Positions 38,658 to 48,166 of a stretch of 64,000 nucleotides of DNA are shown here, piece after piece (position 1 is the first letter of the stretch; every line of letters starts with the position of its first letter). The DNA is from a virus. Taxonomy: Duplodnaviria > Caudoviricetes. The stretch lies in IMG/VR virus record IMGVR_UViG_3300020440_000012, positions 1-64,000 of that record; one strand, 5' to 3'. The notes beneath the pieces are model-generated. The model had not been told where the DNA came from. It did not search any database and was given only the letters and a program-made list of their open reading frames with translations. Both the position numbers and the translations under genes were made by a program.

Positions 38658-39092
38658 ATGAATTGGTATAGAACATTTCTAGAAAGTTATAAGAAGATGA
38701 ATGAAGAGGAACATGAGTGTCCTCCAGCGACTCAAGATGTTGAACTTAACACGAAGAATCGTGACAAAGCATTTCAAGAAGATCATATCAAATACGGACC
38801 TGTTAATGTAGATGAACCGGGTGATTATTACGAAGATATGGCAGAATATTTTGATACAACAGTTGAAGCTGTAAAAGGTATGAAATGTTCTAATTGCGTA
38901 GCATTTGATATTTCATCAAGAATGAAAGAGTGTATGCCTGGTTCAGTACAAGAAGATGGTGAATTAGGATATTGTTGGATGCATCATTTTAAATGTCACT
39001 CAGAAAGAACCTGTTACACATGGGCAAAGGGTGGTCCTATTAGCACTGACGACACATCATATGAATGGCATGAAAAAGCATTTGGAGAATAA
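38658..39092 (+). CDS. Cys/His-rich probable metal-binding protein
   Basis: CSNC...C...YCWMHHFKCHSERTCYTW. Confidence 0.55.
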   Translation: MNWYRTFLESYKKMNEEEHECPPATQDVELNTKNRDKAFQEDHIKYGPVNVDEPGDYYEDMAEYFDTTVEAVKGMKCSNCVAFDISSRMKECMPGSVQEDGELGYCWMHHFKCHSERTCYTWAKGGPISTDDTSYEWHEKAFGE

Positions 39093-39095
39093 GAT

Positions 39096-40061
39096 ATGAA
39101 TGAAACAAGAAAAATGAATTTTAAAATAGAAGATGCAATTACTGAAGCATACGAACAAATGAATGAAGCACATTGTGGTACAGACAGAAAGAACGAAGCA
39201 TCTTACACTAAGAACACAAAAGATTCTCAACTAAAGTGGGGTAGAGAGTATATTTTAAATACAGACGCTAATAATAGTGTAACTCCGATGTTGACTCAAA
39301 TGAAAAATGCAATGAAAAGAGCTAGCATGAGACATCCTAAGTTGGGTGCTGGAACCGAAGTTAAAACTAAGAAAGGTTCCATATTAATTGTACCAGAAAC
39401 AGCCGAGTTGTATTTAAAATCAAGAGATAGATTGCCTACACCTTTGCAAAAGAATATGGATAAAATGGCTGAAAGAAGTATCGATGGTTTATTCACTGTA
39501 CTTCAGGCCGCATTAAACGATTTAAGAACAGGAATGATAGAAAGTATGACAGAAGTTTTAGAAAATATAAACGAAGCCAAAATGAACTATGTCATCTATG
39601 ATAAGAAGACAAAAGAAGTTTACGCATCTAGCTCAAAACCATTTGATAAGTTTAAGATGGATGATGTTGCTGACGATATGAAAGTCAAGAAGTCCGACTT
39701 AGTTATGAAGAAAATGAGAAAAAACCAAAAGGCTGGTGAGCGTCTTAAAGAAGCCAGTGAAACAATTACAGAAGTAAAATTTTCAAAAGACTTCGACAAA
39801 GAAGCAAAAGAAAAAGGACCTCATCAAGACAGCTCCGTATACAAGCAAATGAGAGACATTATTAAAACTCAAGGTTTTGCAAATGTTAAAACCGACAAAG
39901 GATCGTTGAAGGTTGACATGCAATCTGCATACGCATGGTTAGTCTCGTATCATATGTTGAGTGATAAAAATAAAGAGACTTTAATTAAAATGGCTCAAAA
40001 AAGCAAAGATTCATTAGCTACAACAATAAGAGTCGCACATAAATTGACAGTAAGACGATAG
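39096..40061 (+). CDS. Modular internal-protein-like polyprotein
   Basis: Basic modules separated by MNE/KNE/INE/ITE. Confidence 0.5.
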   Translation: MNETRKMNFKIEDAITEAYEQMNEAHCGTDRKNEASYTKNTKDSQLKWGREYILNTDANNSVTPMLTQMKNAMKRASMRHPKLGAGTEVKTKKGSILIVPETAELYLKSRDRLPTPLQKNMDKMAERSIDGLFTVLQAALNDLRTGMIESMTEVLENINEAKMNYVIYDKKTKEVYASSSKPFDKFKMDDVADDMKVKKSDLVMKKMRKNQKAGERLKEASETITEVKFSKDFDKEAKEKGPHQDSSVYKQMRDIIKTQGFANVKTDKGSLKVDMQSAYAWLVSYHMLSDKNKETLIKMAQKSKDSLATTIRVAHKLTVRR

Positions 40062-40496
40062 TTAACCTAAATCGTCTACTCTTTCCTTGAGAATCTTTTT
40101 CAAGAAGCCATCATCCATATGTTCATTACATTCAATCTCTTCTAGATATTTTTTACATATGTCTCTTTGAATATTGATGTGCTTGTAATATTTCTTAGCT
40201 TCCATAATATATTTGTGAAAACAAATTTGTGTAAAATATGCAAAAGGATTAGGCTTATCACGATTAATATCAAATTTATGTACCTGACTTATCATTCTTA
40301 GACAAGCCTCACCTATGAAATCTTCCTTTACAGCCTGTGGGTATCCAACCCAGTTACCTCTATTAGTAAATCTTGTCGCTATCTCTAAAAACATTTTTCC
40401 TAACTCTTCAGTTATAACGCCTGTTTCGTGATAAACTTTAAGTTCTCTCATTAAATCTTTATTGGTGCAATACTGCTTTGGTTTTTTACCACTCAT
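40062..40496 (-). CDS. 55: gp55-like late sigma factor
   Basis: YCTNKDL, IATRF...NWVGY...DFIGEA, NPFAYFTQICF. Confidence 0.9.
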   Translation of the reverse strand: MSGKKPKQYCTNKDLMRELKVYHETGVITEELGKMFLEIATRFTNRGNWVGYPQAVKEDFIGEACLRMISQVHKFDINRDKPNPFAYFTQICFHKYIMEAKKYYKHINIQRDICKKYLEEIECNEHMDDGFLKKILKERVDDLG

Positions 40497-40573
40497 ATTA
40501 TAAATACCTTCGTTAAAGTGCCTAATTAATTATACACTTTATTTATAAAAATAATACCTAAACGGAGACTATT

Positions 40574-40954
40574 ATGTACGAAAAAGGCTTTGATGATTTA
40601 TACAATGAAGCGTCTAATGTAAAACAAGAATCTGGATATATCGACTTTGATGATGAACAAACAAAAATAAATCCAGAGGATCCTATGGTTGTAATATCAG
40701 GTATAGGTAAACTTCCACTGTCCTCACTAAAAAAAGACATAGATCGAAAGTTTAAAGACCTTACTAATTTAGCCAAACGAGATCAGTGGAAATTTATCTA
40801 CAAACAAATAGGAAAGATGACTGACTATACAGATAGTTTTGAATCTCCACTTCAAGCTTATATTAGAGCCGTAATTCAAGTTGAGGAAGAAATGAGTAAA
40901 CCAGCTTATAAGAGAAGAATTAGTACAGCACAGAGAAAGAGAAGGTTCGGATAG
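40574..40954 (+). CDS. Hypothetical internal-protein-like
   Basis: Starts MYEKGFDDLYNE; GGAG SD. Confidence 0.55.
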   Translation: MYEKGFDDLYNEASNVKQESGYIDFDDEQTKINPEDPMVVISGIGKLPLSSLKKDIDRKFKDLTNLAKRDQWKFIYKQIGKMTDYTDSFESPLQAYIRAVIQVEEEMSKPAYKRRISTAQRKRRFG

Positions 40955-40955
40955 A

Positions 40956-41522
40956 ATGGACTTCAACTCATTATATGAAAAAGCTTTAAGAAGAGTTGCA
41001 CAAGACCCTGACGTTAAAGACAAAAAGGGCACTCAACCTAAAAAATATTTTAAAGATTTGTCAAAGTCCACAAAAGACAAGAGAGATGCACACTTCAAAA
41101 AAGGTACAAGAGAGCCTGCACCTGGAGATGCAACAGCAAAAACAAAGCCATCTAAACATACCAAAAAATTTAAACAGATGTTTGGTGATGCTGAAGAAAG
41201 AGTACCAAGAAAGAAAGGTCAACATAAAGGTTCCTCTTCTCACTCCGATTTATATACCGACGAAGATCCAAAAGGTACTATTCATGGTTTAGGATTCAAA
41301 GATGCTGAAACAGCTAGAAAAGGTATTGATATTGTAAATAAGTCCGACAGAACTCACGCACATAAGGTTCAAGCCACACTTGTGATGCAACAAAGAGCAA
41401 AAGTGGCCATTGAAAGAACAAAAGACCCAGATAAGAAAAAAGATTTAAAAGCGGCCTATGAGATATGGACAAAACATCTTGATAAGTTGAAAGAAATTAC
41501 AAAAAAGAAAGCGGAAAAATGA
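40956..41522 (+). CDS. Basic two-module protein (DUF5824-like first module)
   Basis: QDPDVKDKKGTQPKKY...KTKPSKHTKKFKQMFG. Confidence 0.55.
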   Translation: MDFNSLYEKALRRVAQDPDVKDKKGTQPKKYFKDLSKSTKDKRDAHFKKGTREPAPGDATAKTKPSKHTKKFKQMFGDAEERVPRKKGQHKGSSSHSDLYTDEDPKGTIHGLGFKDAETARKGIDIVNKSDRTHAHKVQATLVMQQRAKVAIERTKDPDKKKDLKAAYEIWTKHLDKLKEITKKKAEK

Positions 41523-41944
41523 AAAGTTTTAAACAAATATACAGAGACTTAGTAGAAAAAGCACCTGACACAGATGATGCAATGAAAAGATATAAAGCCG
41601 GTAAAGCTGGTTTTACAGACATAGCACATCTTAAGGCAAAAGGCTTAATTCCAAGAGCAGATGGTACGAAAAGAAAATCACCAAAGTATGAAGACGCAAA
41701 ACTTGATGAGAAGCAGATTAAAGGTCTTAAAAACAAAGCCGACAAAACAGGTATACCTTATGGTATTCTAAAACAAGTTTATGATAGAGGTATGGCAGCC
41801 TGGAAAACAGGTCATAGACCAGGTGCGGGACAACATCAATGGGCATTTGCTAGAGTCAATTCTTTTGCTACTAAATCAAAAGGAACTTGGGGTGGTGCAG
41901 ATAAAGATTTAGCAGATAAGGTTCGTGCCGGTAAAAAGAGATAA
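41519..41944 (+). CDS. Basic two-module protein (DUF5824-like second module)
   Basis: LKNKADKTGIPYGILKQVYDRGMAAW...WAFARVNSF. Confidence 0.55.
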   Translation: MKSFKQIYRDLVEKAPDTDDAMKRYKAGKAGFTDIAHLKAKGLIPRADGTKRKSPKYEDAKLDEKQIKGLKNKADKTGIPYGILKQVYDRGMAAWKTGHRPGAGQHQWAFARVNSFATKSKGTWGGADKDLADKVRAGKKR

Positions 41945-43542
41945 TGATTTTAACAAAAAAGGATTTAGATCAAGTCGAAAGATATGCAGACAGACTCTAC
42001 AAAGCCGTAGGTGTAGATGTAGAGTTTACTAGGCACTTTCTAGACAGAGTAAACGACATTAGAAACGAAAAACAAATAACTAGTTCAGAACTTATAAGAC
42101 TATTTAAACAATCCTTTAAGAAGTACGGAAAACAATTAACAAAACTAGGTGATGGCGTGCAAGCCGTTCTTCACGACATGAAGACGGATATAAATATGCC
42201 ATTTGTTATTCAACCCGATAGAAACGGAGAGCTAGACTTGATAGCTAAAACAGTTATGAGAAAGAAAAACTTTAAAACAACAAACAAAAAGCTTTCCTTT
42301 GAAGACGCCTTTAATGAAGCGGTTACAATTAACGAAGGTGGTGCCTTCGGACACTTAAGTCATCCTTTTGACATCAACACATTCACATTTAAGGACCTTC
42401 AGGAACTCATCATAAAAATACTATCAGGTGAACTAGATTACGCTGAAGAGAAAACTGATGGTCACAATCTGATGTTAACAGTCGTAGATGGACAGGTATT
42501 GGCCGCCAGAAACAAGAGTCACCTCAAAAACAAAGGTAGAGATGCACTTGATGTTCCAGCTATGGCTAAAAAGTTTGCAGGTAGAGAAAATGCACTAGCC
42601 TACACAAACGCAATGGAAGATTTCAAAAATGCAGTAGATAGTCTTTCAGACAAGCAAGTCCTGAAGATATTTGACAATGGCTCCAATTTTATGAGTGTAG
42701 AGGTAATCATGCCAAAGGCTGCCGAGAATGTCATCAAATATGGCGTAACAGAACTAAGATTGCATGGTACAATAAAACACAATGATGACGGTGAACCAAT
42801 CGAACAGATAAACAAAGAAAATGCAAGAATGCTTGACGGAATGTTAAGACAAAAACAATCAGACAGACAGAAAACATTTAGTATCGCCAAGCTGAATAGA
42901 GTTGATCTTCCAAGAATATCAGACTTCAATAAGAAAAGATCACAGTATTCAAAAAGACTTAATGCGATCATGAAGTCAATAGGTGCAAAGCCGTCTATGA
43001 CAATGAGAGATGTCAGAATAAACTACTTTAACGCATTGCTCAATAGAGCTGATAAAAAGAAACAACTTCCAAAGAGTGTGAGACAGCAATGGCTATCTAG
43101 ATGGGTAGACTACAATAAGTCAATCAACCTAAGAGTCTTAAAGAAACAAACACCTGAGTCAATCTTAGCAGATGTTTCAAATATAGAAAAAGAACTTTCG
43201 AATCATAACAAGCAACTAACACTACCACTTGAAAAATTATTCTTACAACTAGGTGCAGAGGTACTATCTTTAATGGGTAAATTCATGGCTATCAATCCAA
43301 ATGATGCTATAAAAAATATTAAAAAACAGGTTGACGACACCGCCAAAAAAGTGTTATCATCAGGTGATCCTAAACTAATAGATAAACTTAATTATGAATT
43401 GGGTAGACTTGAACAACTAGGTGGTTGGAATGCAGTTATACCATCTGAAGGTATTACATTTATGTACAAAGGTGAATTATTAAAACTGACAGGAGCATTT
43501 GCACCTATAAACCAATTAACAGGGCTAAGTTTTAGACTATGA
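41944..43542 (+). CDS. RelE/BECR-like N module plus ATP-dependent ligase-like (KxDG) domain
   Basis: FTRHFLDRVND...AKTVMRK; EKTDG (motif I), AARN, SVEVI, EGITF...LKLTG. Confidence 0.55.
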   Translation: MILTKKDLDQVERYADRLYKAVGVDVEFTRHFLDRVNDIRNEKQITSSELIRLFKQSFKKYGKQLTKLGDGVQAVLHDMKTDINMPFVIQPDRNGELDLIAKTVMRKKNFKTTNKKLSFEDAFNEAVTINEGGAFGHLSHPFDINTFTFKDLQELIIKILSGELDYAEEKTDGHNLMLTVVDGQVLAARNKSHLKNKGRDALDVPAMAKKFAGRENALAYTNAMEDFKNAVDSLSDKQVLKIFDNGSNFMSVEVIMPKAAENVIKYGVTELRLHGTIKHNDDGEPIEQINKENARMLDGMLRQKQSDRQKTFSIAKLNRVDLPRISDFNKKRSQYSKRLNAIMKSIGAKPSMTMRDVRINYFNALLNRADKKKQLPKSVRQQWLSRWVDYNKSINLRVLKKQTPESILADVSNIEKELSNHNKQLTLPLEKLFLQLGAEVLSLMGKFMAINPNDAIKNIKKQVDDTAKKVLSSGDPKLIDKLNYELGRLEQLGGWNAVIPSEGITFMYKGELLKLTGAFAPINQLTGLSFRL

Positions 43543-44948
43543 AATCGTTTTCTAAATATTACAATGATCTAGAAAAAGAGGTAGCACCTTATTCTCCTTT
43601 TGGTGAGAGAAAGAGGAAGACCATTGCTGTTTTTCCAGGGTCTTTTAGACCTCCACATAAAGGACATTTTCATTCGGTTATACAATACTCAAAAATGGCT
43701 GATGAAGTGGTTGTTATCATATCAAAGCCTGGTAAGTCAGTGAGAAAAACAAATACAGGCAAAACAATCTCGGACAGACAAGCTAAAAAAGTGTTTGAGA
43801 TCATGATAAAGGCACAAGGTCTTAAAAATGTCAAAGTAATTACATCACCTACACCTTCACCAATTAAAGCTTCATATGACTATGTTGAGACGTTAAAAGA
43901 CGTTGATGTTATATTTGGCTCTTCTAAAGACCCAGATGATCTCAAAAGGTGGAAGACAGTTACGGCATATATGGATAAAAACAATCCTTCGATAACTGTA
44001 TTAGACCCTAAAACAACAGCGGTAAATAGACTCTACTCAGCTACAGACATCAGAAATAAGATTGATGATATAGATGCATATGATGATGCATATCCTGGTA
44101 AATTATCCGACTCAGACAAGAAAAATATTTTTAACATATTAAATGAAAACACATTTTCTGAATACTTCTATGAGTCTTTAAACTTAGGTGGACTTGAATA
44201 TGAGAGAAGAGTTCACAACGCAATGGTGACAGCTAACATAGACGGACTTGTACCAGGTGATAAACCGGGTGCAGGATTCAGTGCTGTGGGTAAAGGTGAC
44301 ATAGAAGCTACTTATAAAGGTAAAGAGTTTAATATTGAGATAAAAATGGATAAAAATGCCCAGATGGGTGGTACAAGTATTAGAATGGATGTGAATAATA
44401 ATGAATATATACTTGTCAAACCGGATGCTGTCGATGAAGAGGTAGCACCTTTATTTCTAGAAGCGGCCAAGAGAAAAGCCGATGATTTGAAAAAATGGGT
44501 CGATTTTATCAGAACGCAAGAACCACTCGAATTACATCAAAAAGTACCTTACACAGTTCCTTTCGGTGCTGTTACAAAAGAAGCATGGAGTTCGGCACAA
44601 AAACAAGGTCTATTAAAAGGACTTAACCAAGTAGAAAAATTTAAGAACGCAAATACAATAGCAAAAGCCTATAACAGAAAAGGTGTTTACTACATACAAA
44701 TTGGCGGTCTTGGTTTATTTTATCTAGGAAAGAATCCACTTAAGTTACCTGTACCTAAATATGATGGTGAAGTTAACATTGAGTTTAGATTAGGTCCTAG
44801 TGGTAGTAAGAACAGAAAACTTTCTGATGGAACTTTAGTCAAAGTAGTTGGTGCTGGATATAGATGTCAAGGTAGATTAAAAACTACTAAGAAATCAAAA
44901 TACTCATTAGACAATCCGGAATCTATCAAAGAATTATTTGGATCCTAA
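43539..44948 (+). CDS. HxGH nucleotidyltransferase plus PD-(D/E)xK nuclease-like module
   Basis: PGSFRPPHKGH, SATDIR; GDIEAT...NIEIK. Confidence 0.65.
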   Translation: MKSFSKYYNDLEKEVAPYSPFGERKRKTIAVFPGSFRPPHKGHFHSVIQYSKMADEVVVIISKPGKSVRKTNTGKTISDRQAKKVFEIMIKAQGLKNVKVITSPTPSPIKASYDYVETLKDVDVIFGSSKDPDDLKRWKTVTAYMDKNNPSITVLDPKTTAVNRLYSATDIRNKIDDIDAYDDAYPGKLSDSDKKNIFNILNENTFSEYFYESLNLGGLEYERRVHNAMVTANIDGLVPGDKPGAGFSAVGKGDIEATYKGKEFNIEIKMDKNAQMGGTSIRMDVNNNEYILVKPDAVDEEVAPLFLEAAKRKADDLKKWVDFIRTQEPLELHQKVPYTVPFGAVTKEAWSSAQKQGLLKGLNQVEKFKNANTIAKAYNRKGVYYIQIGGLGLFYLGKNPLKLPVPKYDGEVNIEFRLGPSGSKNRKLSDGTLVKVVGAGYRCQGRLKTTKKSKYSLDNPESIKELFGS

Positions 44949-45146
44949 ATAAAAACTTTTAAAGCCTTCAATCTTTAACATATTTTTAAGTATACCTACA
45001 ACAAGTGCATAATATCTATCGGATTCTTTTTCAACATTCTTATATCTATCCTTTACAATATCTTCAGCATCCTTGTATAATTCTTCGACTTCTTTTTCGG
45101 TTTTACCGCTTTTATCAGAAAATGACTTTATAATAGGTGAAGGCAT
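44934..45146 (-). CDS. Small conserved phage protein
   Basis: 70-aa ORF, GGAG SD, TATAAATA upstream. Confidence 0.55.
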   Translation of the reverse strand: MPSPIIKSFSDKSGKTEKEVEELYKDAEDIVKDRYKNVEKESDRYYALVVGILKNMLKIEGFKSFYLGSK

Positions 45147-45205
45147 GGTATACTCCGTTGTTAACTATTATTCTTATTTATAACTTAAACGAGAAAAAGA
45201 TAATT

Positions 45206-46150
45206 ATGGAAAATATGGATTCTAAATGGGTCGATGCCTATATACCTCAAGTTGTTGACGATCTTGTACTAAATCCTACATCAAAGGATAAACTTAAAAG
45301 ACTACTACAGTCTGGTAAAAGATTCAATGTATCACTTCATGGTAGAGCGGGTATTGGCAAAACAGCAACAAGTAATGTAATTTCAAAAACACTGGATGCT
45401 ATTGAATACTTCGTTTCGTGTTCACTTGATGGTAACATTGATAACATAAGAACAAATGTACAAAGATTCTGTGAGTCTGTCTCTTTTGATGGAAGACCAA
45501 AACTTGTTATACTAGATGAGATTGATGGTATGAGTCTTGAAGCACAAAAGTCTCTTCGTAACATTATGGACAATCACAAAGATTGCATATTCATACTAAC
45601 TTGTAACTATCTAAATCGTGTTATCGAACCTTTACAATCAAGGTGTCCACCAGTATCATTACAGTTCTCTGTATCAGATATTAGACCTAGAGTTGAACAC
45701 ATTCTGAAAAGTGAGTCTATTGAGTATACCGAAGAAGACCTAAATAACTTTATGGAAAAGATACTTCCTAAGTTTCTTCCAGATATTAGAACATCAGTAT
45801 CAGTACTTCAAGATTGTTGTTCTTCCGGTAAGTTAGACACAACTACAGAGATTGCACTTATTGATGGTGTTGACGAAACATGTAAGTATATCCTAACTTC
45901 TACGAAAGAAGGTAAGACACCAATGGAGATAAGAGAATATCTAATAAAGAACTCAGAAAAGTTTAGTGAAGACTATCTTAAACTATCATCAAGTATGTTT
46001 AATATTTTATGCAGAACAAAGATAGGTGCAGAGGATTTATCCAACATTGCAGACATAATTTATAGAGTAGATCAAGTAATCGATAAAGAAATACAATTCT
46101 TTGTTTTAGTATCATATCTACACAATCTAGTTAACAAAAATAATAAATAA
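45206..46150 (+). CDS. 44: gp44-like clamp loader AAA+ subunit
   Basis: WVDAYIP, GRAGIGKT, ILDEIDGM, FILTCN, PLQSRC. Confidence 0.92.
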   Translation: MENMDSKWVDAYIPQVVDDLVLNPTSKDKLKRLLQSGKRFNVSLHGRAGIGKTATSNVISKTLDAIEYFVSCSLDGNIDNIRTNVQRFCESVSFDGRPKLVILDEIDGMSLEAQKSLRNIMDNHKDCIFILTCNYLNRVIEPLQSRCPPVSLQFSVSDIRPRVEHILKSESIEYTEEDLNNFMEKILPKFLPDIRTSVSVLQDCCSSGKLDTTTEIALIDGVDETCKYILTSTKEGKTPMEIREYLIKNSEKFSEDYLKLSSSMFNILCRTKIGAEDLSNIADIIYRVDQVIDKEIQFFVLVSYLHNLVNKNNK

Positions 46151-46154
46151 GTAT

Positions 46155-46613
46155 ATGAGCATAGACAAGAAATACACAATCACAAAAACGTGTGATCTTT
46201 GTGGAAAACAAGAAGGTGATCACCTCAAATCAAAAGACTTTTACAAAGAACCACCCTCATTGATTATGAAAAACCATGAGGGTAAACAAGTAAAACTCAC
46301 ACTTGAAGTTAAAATTGAAGAGTACGACAAAGATGGTGTAACAACTACACTTGAAGACATACTAAATAATTTTCAGGATTTACATCAAGGATTGAATTAT
46401 GATTCCATTGAAGATGAAAATACACAAAAAATAGATGACATAAATAACATGATACCACCCAAAGTTGCAATGCTTTTACAGGATCTATATATCAGAGAGC
46501 TAAGCTATACAAACAGAAATGAAAATCAAGGTGTCTTGTGTAAAAAATGTCACACAGCTATGGTTAATATGGTATCTAAATTAGGTAAATTTGATAAAAA
46601 AGAGGTATTCTAG
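46155..46613 (+). CDS. Hypothetical protein with split CxxC...CxxC
   Basis: CDLC near the N-terminus, CKKC near the C-terminus. Confidence 0.5.
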   Translation: MSIDKKYTITKTCDLCGKQEGDHLKSKDFYKEPPSLIMKNHEGKQVKLTLEVKIEEYDKDGVTTTLEDILNNFQDLHQGLNYDSIEDENTQKIDDINNMIPPKVAMLLQDLYIRELSYTNRNENQGVLCKKCHTAMVNMVSKLGKFDKKEVF

Positions 46614-47146
46614 TGTCCAAAAAAATAAATCCAATAGTTGAAGAGTTACTGGACTCTAATGAAATTCCTGAAGAGTTTGAAACACCCGAAGATTTGTTAG
46701 AAGGTATAGCTAACATGACCTCGGAAGTTGCCGAGATAAAACAAGAAGTTGAAGATGTAAAGGTATCTGGGGATCCCATCACAGATATAAAAATATTCAA
46801 TGAAGTTTCAGACTTAATAAACAGAGCAGTTGCGGTTCTGGATACATGTAAGGAAGATATTGAAAGAAGTTCTTTACTTGACGCTGAACTTGTGTCAGCA
46901 TATGCTAAGTTAATCTCATCAACTAGAGAAATAATTTCAGACAATATTGCTATATTTAGAGATCGCCAAAAACACATAGAAAAGATAGAGTTGGAGAATC
47001 TGAAACAAGAACATAAAAAAGAAATCTTGCGGATGAAAGATGATCTAGATAAGTCAGTAAACGACAATTATGGTGAAACTAAAGCATTTGTACAAGAGGC
47101 TGTTATTGAACTCTTAAACGATGTTGAAAAAAATAAAAAAAACTAA
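46613..47146 (+). CDS. Helical protein; candidate small terminase (gp16-like)
   Basis: LINRAVAVLD...SAYAKLISSTREI loosely resembles gp16; weak. Confidence 0.35.
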   Translation: MSKKINPIVEELLDSNEIPEEFETPEDLLEGIANMTSEVAEIKQEVEDVKVSGDPITDIKIFNEVSDLINRAVAVLDTCKEDIERSSLLDAELVSAYAKLISSTREIISDNIAIFRDRQKHIEKIELENLKQEHKKEILRMKDDLDKSVNDNYGETKAFVQEAVIELLNDVEKNKKN

Positions 47147-47175
47147 TTGACAACAATTAGATAGTTCTATATATT
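47147..47175 (+). promoter_or_regulatory. Host sigma70-type promoter of the phage sigma factor gene
   Basis: TTGACA-N17-TATATT. Confidence 0.7.
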
Positions 47176-47224
47176 AGTAAAAGTTTAGTAGAAAAAGTAT
47201 CGTAAAGTATAGTTAAGGAGATAT

Positions 47225-47977
47225 ATGCCACATAATAGTAACTACGGTGAACACATCAAAAAATACATGCAAGAAATAACAACCGAGGATTTTGATCCAG
47301 TAAGCAAGCAAGAAGAACAGGAAGTTTTAAATGACGACACATTATCAAAACAAGAGAAGATAGACTTCTTAATGAAACGCAATATTCGATTGGTTTCAAA
47401 GATTGCAACGAAGTATACCAGCATTGCCGAATATGATGATATGATGCAAGAGGGTTGTATCGGACTAGCTAAGGCCGCTGAAAAGTTTGATATGACGAAA
47501 GACACCAAGTTCTGTACATATGCCTATTTCTGGGTATTCAAAGCTATTCAAGAATATCTGAAGAAAGAAAACAGAGACTTCTCCACAATTAGAAATCACA
47601 GTGGACTCTCACTAAACTATCAAGCATCTGAAGATGAACAGCACGATTCAAACAACTCATTAGAAAAAACAATTTCAGAATCCTCGTACACTACTCCTTC
47701 GGGTGGATATTCTGAGATAAACAAGAACGAAACTACAAATTTGTCAAACGAATTGAGCAAAATTGTATTAGAAAATAATGTACTGGATGACAGAGAAAAA
47801 CACATAGTATTAAGTCGATTTTTCTCCGACAAAAAAAGAACATTAAAAGACATCGGAAACGAAATAGGACTGTCTCATTCTATGGTTAAATTAGTGCAGG
47901 ATAAAGCTTTACAGAAAATTAAAGAGTTTGTAGTTTCTGAAGGTATTTCACGAGAAGATTTCGAGTTTACAGTGTAA
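47225..47977 (+). CDS. Sigma70-family RNA polymerase sigma factor
   Basis: IKKYMQEI; NIRLVSKIATKY...QEGCIGLAKAAEKFD...FCTYAYFW; region 4 TLKDIGNEIGLS. Confidence 0.92.
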   Translation: MPHNSNYGEHIKKYMQEITTEDFDPVSKQEEQEVLNDDTLSKQEKIDFLMKRNIRLVSKIATKYTSIAEYDDMMQEGCIGLAKAAEKFDMTKDTKFCTYAYFWVFKAIQEYLKKENRDFSTIRNHSGLSLNYQASEDEQHDSNNSLEKTISESSYTTPSGGYSEINKNETTNLSNELSKIVLENNVLDDREKHIVLSRFFSDKKRTLKDIGNEIGLSHSMVKLVQDKALQKIKEFVVSEGISREDFEFTV

Positions 47978-48166
47978 ATAAAACTTGATGTCACGAGTTA
48001 AAAACCAGTTTAAACCCACTACGAATTACCCTGGCTAGAAGCATTTTTGAAATTTCAGCAGGATATTTGTATGTGGGTATTTTTAGTCTTTATGTGTTAA
48101 ACCGTACATCATGCGTTCGTATAATATTTGTACGAATTTAACACTAAAGAATTAAAGGAAAAGAAT

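Noticed and set aside
45137-45205. GTG start for the clamp loader at 45137
   Set aside because: Overlaps the divergent gene and its promoter; homology begins at ATG 45206
48115-48139. TTCGTA...TACGAA inverted repeat over the nrdB -10 box, considered an NrdR box
   Set aside because: Only 6 bp and a poor match to the NrdR consensus
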